Shown piece after piece: positions 8,156 to 15,442 of a stretch of 32,000 nucleotides of DNA. This DNA comes from Xylanibacter ruminicola 23 (GTDB lineage: Bacteria; Bacteroidota; Bacteroidia; Bacteroidales; Bacteroidaceae): the NCBI RefSeq assembly GCF_000025925.1, contig NC_014033.1:1440001-1472000 (forward strand), read 5' to 3'. Position 1 is the stretch's first letter; each line of letters begins with the position of its first letter. Below the pieces are notes generated by a model that searched no databases, was not told the origin of the DNA, and worked only from the letters and a program-made list of their open reading frames with translations. The position numbers were made by a program, and so were the translations under genes.

Positions 8156-9043
8156 TTAAATTTTCAGTTCTTTGAGAATCTCAGACATACGCTGCATGTT
8201 ATTGATTCGCATGGGCACCAATGGCAAACGGAGCACATTCTGGATAAAGCCCATCTCCGAAAGCATGGCCTTCACACCTGCAGGGTTGCCATCAACAAAC
8301 AGCAGAGAGAAGAGATCGGTAAAACGATGATGGATAGTGCGTGCAGGATCGTACTCGCCGCGCATCTGCAAACGGATCATACGCGAGAACTCCTTTGGCA
8401 ACGCATTACCAATAACAGAGATGACACCTACGGCGCCACAGCTAACCATAGGGAATGTAAGCGAATCGTCGCCAGAGATCACGTCGAAATCGGCAGGTTT
8501 GTTCTTGATAATCTCATCAACCTGCTCCAGATTACCACTGGCCTCCTTGATAGCTACGATATTCTGACAGTCGCGAGCCAGGCGAACAGTAGTTGCAGCC
8601 TGAAGGTTTACGCCTGTACGACCAGGCACATTATAAAGCACAACAGGCAGTTGTGTAGCTGCAGCAATGGCTTTAAAGTGCTGGTACAAGCCCTCCTGCG
8701 AAGGCTTGTTGTAATAAGGACAAACGCTAAGTATGCCGTCGATGCCCTTGAAGTCGGCTGTTTGTAACTCTTCTACGACAGCAGCGGTGTTGTTGCCGCC
8801 ACATCCTATTAATATAGGTACGCGCGCCTGCACGTAGTCTACTACTAAATCCTTAATCTTCTGTTTCTCCTCACGTGTCAATGTAGGTGTCTCACCTGTT
8901 GTAGCGAGGATACAAAAGAAGTCAGCACCGTTGTTAAGCTGATAGTCAACCAGACGTATCAGCGCATCATAGTCAACCGAACCGTCTTCCTTGAATGGGG
9001 TAATGAGCGCAATGCCCAGACCTTTAAAAATGTTATGTACCAT
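8156..9043 (-). CDS. dapA: 4-hydroxy-tetrahydrodipicolinate synthase
   Basis: Motifs GLGIALITPFKEDGSVDYDAL, ATTGETPTL, LYNVPGRTG and AIKEASGN (Schiff-base Lys context) are DapA hallmarks. Length is 295 aa. Confidence 0.9.
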   Translation of the reverse strand: MVHNIFKGLGIALITPFKEDGSVDYDALIRLVDYQLNNGADFFCILATTGETPTLTREEKQKIKDLVVDYVQARVPILIGCGGNNTAAVVEELQTADFKGIDGILSVCPYYNKPSQEGLYQHFKAIAAATQLPVVLYNVPGRTGVNLQAATTVRLARDCQNIVAIKEASGNLEQVDEIIKNKPADFDVISGDDSLTFPMVSCGAVGVISVIGNALPKEFSRMIRLQMRGEYDPARTIHHRFTDLFSLLFVDGNPAGVKAMLSEMGFIQNVLRLPLVPMRINNMQRMSEILKELKI

Positions 9044-9060
9044 GTATAATTGTGTTGCTA

Positions 9061-10014
9061 TTATTCTGCTTTAAATAAATCCTTGATACCGCCGATTGAA
9101 CCGAGGAGGTTAGTGGCCTCATACGGCAGGTAGACGGTCTTTGTCTTGTCGCCCTCTGCAAGTTCCTGCATCATCTGAATATACTTCTGAGCCAGCAGGT
9201 AGTTGGCAGGATTGGTGCTCTTACCTACAGCCTGAGTAATCAGTTCGATAGCCTTTGCTTCGGCCTCGGCTTTACGGATACGAGCCTGTGCCTCACCCTC
9301 GGCCTGCAAGATAGCCTGCTGCTTAGCAGCTTCGGCCTTATTAACGATAGCAGTCTTCTCACCTTCAGAAGCCAGAATCTCAGCAGCCTTCTGTCCCTCC
9401 GATGTCAGAATCTGCGCACGCTTATTACGCTCAGCCTGCATCTGCTTCTCCATCGCAGTAAGTACAGAATCTGGAGGTGTGATATCCTGCAGCTCTACGC
9501 GGTTAACCTTAACGCCCCACTTATCGGTAGCATCATCAAGTACGGCAGAGAGCTTTTTATTGATGGTGTCGCGAGATGTCAGCGTCTCGTCGAGCTCCAG
9601 TTCACCGATGATGTTACGAAGCGTAGTCTGAGTAAGCTTCTCGATAGCATTGGGCAGGTTGTTAATCTCGTAAGTAGCCTTAAACGGATCAACAATCTGG
9701 AAATACAGCAGCGCATTAATCTCAGTCTGTACGTTATCTTTTGTAATCACATTCTGCTTTGGGAAATCGTACACCTGTTCACGCAGATCGATGGTGGTAG
9801 AGTACATATAGCGTCCGTGATGCAGAACAACTATCGACTTGGCACGATCGATGAACGGAATGATGATGTTGATACCTGGCTGGAGCGTAGCATAGTAACG
9901 ACCCAGACGTTCGATGATCTTGGTTTCTGACTGAGGAATAATCACAAGTGCCATTTTGGCAAAGATAACCACGCATACCACAATGGCTATCAAGATGTAA
10001 GACATTATATCCAT
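9061..10014 (-). CDS. SPFH/Band 7 (stomatin/paraslipin-like) membrane protein
   Basis: N-terminal TM helix, then IIPQSETKIIERLGRYYATLQPGINIIIPFIDR and VNRVELQDITPP, then an Ala/Glu/Lys-rich coiled-coil tail. It is paired with an upstream NfeD gene. Confidence 0.9.
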   Translation of the reverse strand: MDIMSYILIAIVVCVVIFAKMALVIIPQSETKIIERLGRYYATLQPGINIIIPFIDRAKSIVVLHHGRYMYSTTIDLREQVYDFPKQNVITKDNVQTEINALLYFQIVDPFKATYEINNLPNAIEKLTQTTLRNIIGELELDETLTSRDTINKKLSAVLDDATDKWGVKVNRVELQDITPPDSVLTAMEKQMQAERNKRAQILTSEGQKAAEILASEGEKTAIVNKAEAAKQQAILQAEGEAQARIRKAEAEAKAIELITQAVGKSTNPANYLLAQKYIQMMQELAEGDKTKTVYLPYEATNLLGSIGGIKDLFKAE

Positions 10015-10019
10015 TTTTT

Positions 10020-10050
10020 AATTCTTTAATTTTTCAATTCTTTAATTTTT
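10020..10050 (-). repeat. Tandem 15-nt direct repeat (plus strand AATTCTTTAATTTTT x2) in the 42-nt NfeD-SPFH spacer
   Basis: Exact copies at 10020-10034 and 10036-10050. The minus strand reads AAAAATTAAAGAATT twice, directly before the SPFH ATG. Confidence 0.9.
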
Positions 10051-10056
10051 AAATTT

Positions 10057-10506
10057 TTACATTTTCTCCACCGTAATGATGGTTGACGCACGATCTACCA
10101 CTACCACGTTGGCACCCTCTGGGATGTCGGTATCGCTCTTGGTCACGGCTTTCCAGATGTCGCCATCTATCTGCACACGTCCAAAACCGCCAGCTTGGAT
10201 AGGCTCTACCACCCTGCCCTGTCGGCCCAGCAACGCATCGGCATTACTAATGCGTTTGTCTTCGCCTTTATGCAGATAGCGCTTAGCAAAGGGGCGCACA
10301 TAAAACAAGCTAACGAGTGTTACAACCGCAAACACCACAATCTGATAATAAGTGCCCGCACCAATAGCTGCCACGATAGCAGCAGGTACAGCGCCGATAG
10401 CGAAGCAGATAATGAAGAAATCGCCCGCTGTGAGTTCGAGTATCAGACAGATGAGTGCTACTGCAGCCCATAACTGCCAGAGATGTTGCATGATATAATC
10501 AATCAT
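10057..10506 (-). CDS. NfeD family membrane protein (short form: TM region + C-terminal OB-fold)
   Basis: Hydrophobic N-terminal half, C-terminal GRQGRVVEPIQAGGFGRVQIDGDIWKA motif, and the canonical position upstream of an SPFH gene. Confidence 0.85.
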   Translation of the reverse strand: MIDYIMQHLWQLWAAVALICLILELTAGDFFIICFAIGAVPAAIVAAIGAGTYYQIVVFAVVTLVSLFYVRPFAKRYLHKGEDKRISNADALLGRQGRVVEPIQAGGFGRVQIDGDIWKAVTKSDTDIPEGANVVVVDRASTIITVEKM

Positions 10507-10512
10507 AATCGT

Positions 10513-12846
10513 TTATTTGTTTACCACTTTCTTCTTATTAATAATGTATACGCCCTTAGGCAGACTCTTCAGTTCAGAAGCCTTACCCAGGCGAACACCA
10601 CGCATGTCGTATACATCGGCATCAGGTGAATCAAGCTGGATATCCTTGATGGCAGTATCTTCTATCATAGTGAAGATGTAAATATACTTAATACTTCCAT
10701 CATCCTCCCAATTCAGATATTTTACATCATCGCCATCAGGAATCTTCACTAATATTATATAAGTACTATTAAGAGTCAAGTTCCTGAAGTTGAAAGAAAC
10801 CTCCTGCGAATCCCCTATAGCAATGTGGCAATCTGTAGTAACACTCTGACCGATAGTGTTCAAAGTATTACCAATAAGTTCACAAGGCAGGATGCCAACT
10901 TTATCATTATATGGCTCCGAACCATAATTAGTAAGAACTATCTTGCCCTTCAAAGCTGTTCCAGGAACCTCACAAGGAGCGGCTCCTTTAACTACTGCAC
11001 CTTCAACCTCCATCTCCATAATTAACGCTACTCCCGTAACATTTGCTTCGAAACGATAGAGTGAATCGGTAAGTTCTGTTCTATCACCACTCAGATAAAA
11101 TACAAAATTGCCCGCACGCTGAGGTGTGTATTCCAGTACCACATCGCCTGTCTCACCAGCCTCAAGGTTGGTACCACCACCTGTCAGGAGCTGGAACTTA
11201 TCAGTACCCTGCTCTAAGCTGGCATTACCATACAGGAACAATGGGGCATTGTTTGTCTTGTTCTTATCTGTTACGTTTACGGTAATTGTTATTGGCTTAC
11301 CCACCTCACAATTCTCGCTTACGGTTACCGAATTGATAGTAAAACTTGAAACAGAAGGATCTTCAAATGATCCGTAAGCCTTGGTTGTCATCTGATTACC
11401 ATTGATGGTTAGCTCAATATAACGACAAGTAGCGTTCAAAGCCTGTTGCCACAAACTCTTTCCCGTTTCACGGCTCATGGCTCGCAGCTGATAAGTACCA
11501 TCATCAAGTCCCTTACCAAATGCCAACGAAGCGGTAATATATGAAGTGCCTTTAAAATAATCAAAATTGTAATTTACTGATGTCGAATCAATCATTGCCA
11601 CCAGTTTATCATTCTGGTATAATGCATAGCCCAGATCATAGTGGCGTACTTCTTTAGGTTGGACAACATTATATATATACATCATCAACTGTATGCCAGG
11701 GAAGTTTTCCGAAGCAGAGTTACGAGTATAGGTACCTTTATCGCTTTTTATGGTACAGCTATTTACAAACAATCGCATAGACTTTCCTGCAACCGACGCA
11801 CCCTTCTCAACACCTACAAGTGCCGACTGACTGAAAGAATAGCCACTTGAACCAGCATTACCACCCGTATATTGCATTTCAGGATTCAAAACAGAAATCA
11901 GGAAGTAATCATCGCTTGAACCTCCCCAACCCCAGTTTACATGGAAATAGCCCACACCATCTTTTGCCTGATAACCATCAAGGATAAAGGCATGCCCAAC
12001 TATTCCTTGACCAGAAGAGGCTGAATTTCCACTATAGAGAACTGGACGATTAGCTGCTAACTCATTATAAATAACTTCGTCCCAACCCTTGGCGGTATAG
12101 CATGTACGCTCGATATAATTCGTTGTTTCGGCATAGCCGTATTGGATACGAAGCGCTTCACAGGCATCATAATCATAGGCACTTGAGCTTTCTGAGCCAT
12201 ATTGCATGTACACTTTCTCGCCTACATCTGCCATCAGTTTGGCTACAGCATCAACAGCCTCACCAGTATCGTCTGACGAATAGGTGGTCTTCATGGCATC
12301 CCAATTAAATGTTTCAGGCCATTTGTGATAATACATAATCTGAGCCGTCGCAGTAGCCACACAACCAGTAGGACAGTTCACGCCCGACTCAACAGGGCAA
12401 TTATTATTATAGGGAGTATTCTGATTCCATTGGGTCTTAATCAGAGGAGAAATATCTGCATGCGTAGGTACGGTAGCACGTGTTTTAACGCTACTGTTTA
12501 CTGCATGATTATAAGCCTCGAGCATAGCCTGCATAGCAGGAGAAGCTGTCTGGGCATCATAGCTATTCTTCAAGCCATATGCCAGTACCGACGGCAGTTC
12601 GTCATCTGCACTAATAACCACAAAACCGCCATCACAATTAAACACATATATACCAGCGCTGTCTCCATCAGCTACGCCTGTTATGGCACGGGTTAACTCT
12701 CCACTGGCCGCACGGGTTACTTGCGGCATTTTACTACGCAGAAAATCACTTGCGATTCTACGGGCCGATTGCTCGTCAACAGGTGCTGCCATCGTCAGCA
12801 AGAAACTGAATAGCACCAGGTAGGTTGAGAGTAGATATTTCTTCAT
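10513..12846 (-). CDS. Secreted C10 family cysteine peptidase (streptopain/interpain-like) with Ig-like domains and a T9SS C-terminal sorting domain
   Basis: Signal peptide and propeptide-like N-terminus. Catalytic Cys context NNNCP...CPTGCVATATAQIMYYHKWP; catalytic His context GHAFILDGY...HVNWGWGG. The C-terminus ...VYDMRGVRLGKASELKSLPKGVYIINKKKVVNK is typical of a Por/T9SS CTD. Confidence 0.85.
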   Translation of the reverse strand: MKKYLLSTYLVLFSFLLTMAAPVDEQSARRIASDFLRSKMPQVTRAASGELTRAITGVADGDSAGIYVFNCDGGFVVISADDELPSVLAYGLKNSYDAQTASPAMQAMLEAYNHAVNSSVKTRATVPTHADISPLIKTQWNQNTPYNNNCPVESGVNCPTGCVATATAQIMYYHKWPETFNWDAMKTTYSSDDTGEAVDAVAKLMADVGEKVYMQYGSESSSAYDYDACEALRIQYGYAETTNYIERTCYTAKGWDEVIYNELAANRPVLYSGNSASSGQGIVGHAFILDGYQAKDGVGYFHVNWGWGGSSDDYFLISVLNPEMQYTGGNAGSSGYSFSQSALVGVEKGASVAGKSMRLFVNSCTIKSDKGTYTRNSASENFPGIQLMMYIYNVVQPKEVRHYDLGYALYQNDKLVAMIDSTSVNYNFDYFKGTSYITASLAFGKGLDDGTYQLRAMSRETGKSLWQQALNATCRYIELTINGNQMTTKAYGSFEDPSVSSFTINSVTVSENCEVGKPITITVNVTDKNKTNNAPLFLYGNASLEQGTDKFQLLTGGGTNLEAGETGDVVLEYTPQRAGNFVFYLSGDRTELTDSLYRFEANVTGVALIMEMEVEGAVVKGAAPCEVPGTALKGKIVLTNYGSEPYNDKVGILPCELIGNTLNTIGQSVTTDCHIAIGDSQEVSFNFRNLTLNSTYIILVKIPDGDDVKYLNWEDDGSIKYIYIFTMIEDTAIKDIQLDSPDADVYDMRGVRLGKASELKSLPKGVYIINKKKVVNK

Positions 12847-12875
12847 AATTGTAACAATTTGATGGTTTTATAGTG

Positions 12876-12883
12876 CAAAAATA
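12876..12883 (-). promoter_or_regulatory. Bacteroidota -7 promoter box (TATTTTTG) for the C10 peptidase gene
   Basis: The minus strand reads TATTTTTGCAC, 30 nt upstream of ATG 12846. Confidence 0.5.
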
Positions 12884-12960
12884 GACATTTTTGTCGAAAT
12901 AGCAAAGAAAAAACAAATTATTAGCAAATAAAAGCGCGATTTTTCCGTTATTATGTTATA

Positions 12961-15321
12961 ATGATACGCAAATTAAACAAATTCATCATCATATTGGTAC
13001 TATTGATGAGTACCCTGACTGCAGCCGCCGATGACTTCACCCTGAAGGGAAAAGTGATCGACGAAGATGGGCATGCATTGGAACTTGTAACCATATCGTG
13101 CGCCGCCCAAGGAAAGCTAACCATGACTAATCTGAAAGGCGAGTTCAGCATCGGTCTGAGCACAGCCGACTCGGTTGTGGTAAAATTCACGATGGTGGGC
13201 TATGGCGTAAGAAAACGCGTGTTTAAACGTCCCAAAGGCAAGATGACGGTACAGATTGTGATGCATCCGGCAGCCACGCTGAGCGAGGTAACGGTAACGC
13301 AACGCCGCCGACAGACATCACAGACAGAACAACTGGACACCAAACACCTGAAACAAACACCTTCAACCACGGGAAATGCGGTCGAGGAGATGATACAGCA
13401 GCAGGCGGGTGTATCGAGTCATAACGAGCTGTCGTCACAATATAATGTACGCGGCGGATCGTTCGACGAGAACTCGGTTTATATTAACCAGATTGAGGTT
13501 TACCGACCTTTATTAATAAGTAGCGGACAACAGGAAGGCCTCTCGGTTATCAACCCGAATATGGTTGAGAAAATCGGTTTTTCAACAGGTGGATACGAAG
13601 CGAAATACGGCGACAAAATGTCGTCGGTACTAGACATCACATACCGACACACAAAAGGCTTTGAGGCCAACGCTACAGCCTCGTTGTTAGGAGCGAGTGG
13701 ATTTATCGGTTACGGTAACAGCCGTTTCTCGATGAGTCACGGCATCAGATACAAGACCAACCGCTACCTGCTAAACACATTAGAAACTACAGGAGAATAC
13801 AAACCAAACTTTCTTGATTATCAGACATATATAAGCTATACACCAAACAAAAGGTGGAACATAGATTTCATAGGTAATATAGCTGATAATCATTACAACT
13901 TTACGCCCAAAGACAGAGAAACGAGCTTTGGTACTTTAGCCGATGCCAAACAGTTTAAAGTATATTTCGACGGACAGGAAAAGGACCGTTTCAACACCCT
14001 ATTCGGCGCACTTGGAATTACACGTAGAATTAGTGATTCAACCAGTATAAAGTTTATTACATCAGCATTTCACACCAAGGAACGCGAAACGTACGACATA
14101 ACGGGCCAGTATTGGCTAAACGACACGCAGACTCAGGAGAGTTTAGGCGTGGGTACCTATATGGAGCACGCCCGCAATTATCTTTCAGCCGATGTGATTA
14201 ATTTCAAGCTGATAGTCCGCCATCAAACACGTCGTCACGACATCGAGGCAGGCATCAGCTACAAGACAGAACACATTAAGGAACAATCACGCGAATACGA
14301 GATGCGCGACTCGAGTGGCTACTCTATCCCCCACTCTGCCGATAAGCTGAACCTGATATACACGCTGAATGCCAAGAACGATATCCGCAGCAACAGGATT
14401 GAAGCTTACATACAAGATGTTTACCGCTGGGCAAAAGGCGACAATTACTTTACGCTGAATTACGGCGTAAGATTCGCCAACTGGAGTTATAACAAGGAAA
14501 CAACCGTATCGCCCAGAGCTTCATTAGCCATCGTGCCGGCATTCGATAGCGATCTAACCTTCAGATTCGCAACAGGCTTGTATTATCAGGCGCCATTCTA
14601 CAAAGAGATGCGCGACACCACAACGGTTAACGGCATCACAACAGCTGCACTGAATAACCATATCAAGAGTCAGCAGTCCATCCACCTGATTGCCGCTGCC
14701 GACTACCGATTCAGAATGCTGAACCGTCCGTTCAAGTTTACAGCCGAAGCCTATTACAAAGCGCTTAGCAACCTGATCCCGTATAATGTACAGAACATGA
14801 AGATTACCTATTACGGCGAAAACCTCACCAAGGGTTACGCCACAGGTATCGACCTGAAACTGTACGGCGAATTTGTGCCAGGTACCGACTCATGGCTTAC
14901 CCTCTCGCTGATGAGCACCCGCCAGAAGTTCAACAACCAATGGATACCATTACCCACCGACCAGCGTTGGGCGGTAAACCTGCATTTTACCGACTATTTT
15001 CCAGGTACCGAGCGATGGAAAATGACGCTACGATTGGCATTTGCCGACGGACTGCCATTTGGCGCACCACACAGAGGACTGGAACAGCAGCAATTCCGCG
15101 CCCCAGCCTACAAACGTGCCGATATCGGTATGAGCTATTGCGCTTTGAAAAACACCAAAGGCATCAAGGGCATCTGGTTAGGAATCGACTGCCTGAACCT
15201 GTTTGGTATTTCAAACGTCAACAGCTACTATTGGGTGACTGATGTATCGAACACCCAGTGGGCTGTACCTAATTTCCTGACGAATCGCCAAATTAACGGG
15301 AAAATTACTATAAATTTATAA
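12961..15321 (+). CDS. TonB-dependent outer-membrane receptor with N-terminal carboxypeptidase-regulatory-like domain
   Basis: Signal peptide, then FTLKGKVIDEDGHALELVTIS...MVGYG (CarbopepD_reg-like), a plug region (NAVEEMIQQQAGV...VRGGSFDENSVYINQIEV) and a long beta-barrel-like C-terminal region rich in Y/G/N/T. No SusD-like gene follows. Confidence 0.8.
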   Translation: MIRKLNKFIIILVLLMSTLTAAADDFTLKGKVIDEDGHALELVTISCAAQGKLTMTNLKGEFSIGLSTADSVVVKFTMVGYGVRKRVFKRPKGKMTVQIVMHPAATLSEVTVTQRRRQTSQTEQLDTKHLKQTPSTTGNAVEEMIQQQAGVSSHNELSSQYNVRGGSFDENSVYINQIEVYRPLLISSGQQEGLSVINPNMVEKIGFSTGGYEAKYGDKMSSVLDITYRHTKGFEANATASLLGASGFIGYGNSRFSMSHGIRYKTNRYLLNTLETTGEYKPNFLDYQTYISYTPNKRWNIDFIGNIADNHYNFTPKDRETSFGTLADAKQFKVYFDGQEKDRFNTLFGALGITRRISDSTSIKFITSAFHTKERETYDITGQYWLNDTQTQESLGVGTYMEHARNYLSADVINFKLIVRHQTRRHDIEAGISYKTEHIKEQSREYEMRDSSGYSIPHSADKLNLIYTLNAKNDIRSNRIEAYIQDVYRWAKGDNYFTLNYGVRFANWSYNKETTVSPRASLAIVPAFDSDLTFRFATGLYYQAPFYKEMRDTTTVNGITTAALNNHIKSQQSIHLIAAADYRFRMLNRPFKFTAEAYYKALSNLIPYNVQNMKITYYGENLTKGYATGIDLKLYGEFVPGTDSWLTLSLMSTRQKFNNQWIPLPTDQRWAVNLHFTDYFPGTERWKMTLRLAFADGLPFGAPHRGLEQQQFRAPAYKRADIGMSYCALKNTKGIKGIWLGIDCLNLFGISNVNSYYWVTDVSNTQWAVPNFLTNRQINGKITINL

Positions 15322-15381
15322 TATTTGTTAATTTTCGAGGGTTTTTCGAAGCTTCGCGGGTACAATTATAAATAAAAACGT

Positions 15382-15389
15382 TATCTTTG
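15382..15389 (+). promoter_or_regulatory. Bacteroidota -7 promoter box (TATCTTTG) for the LruC-domain lipoprotein gene
   Basis: TTATCTTTGCAG lies 54 nt upstream of ATG 15443. Confidence 0.55.
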
Positions 15390-15442
15390 CAGAAATTACA
15401 GTTTGTTTGAAGTATAATAACGTAACTAAAAGAATTTTTGCG

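Noticed and set aside
7649-8767. A 372-aa plus-strand ORF spanning the AraC and dapA loci. Similar long antisense ORFs occur at 602-1114, 5311-6048, 22197-22940, 24599-25504, 27044-27742, 28154-28930 and 29651-30427.
   Set aside because: Each lies antisense to a gene with strong, recognisable family motifs. The translations are low-complexity (Leu/Val/Gln/His/Arg-rich) with no recognisable domains. They have no -7 box and no sensible start context. They are the usual stop-codon-poor antisense frames of codon-biased genes.
9044-9060. A possible lysine riboswitch or leader upstream of dapA.
   Set aside because: Only 17 nt separate dapA from the preceding SPFH gene. That is far too short for an L-box, and no conserved riboswitch core sequences are visible.
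12884-12960. A candidate -7 box or riboswitch upstream of the TonB-dependent receptor (CATTTTTG at about 12886-12893).
   Set aside because: The best match deviates from TAnnTTTG at the first T, and I cannot distinguish it from background in this AT-rich spacer. The 77-nt leader is too short and too unstructured for a cobalamin or TPP riboswitch.
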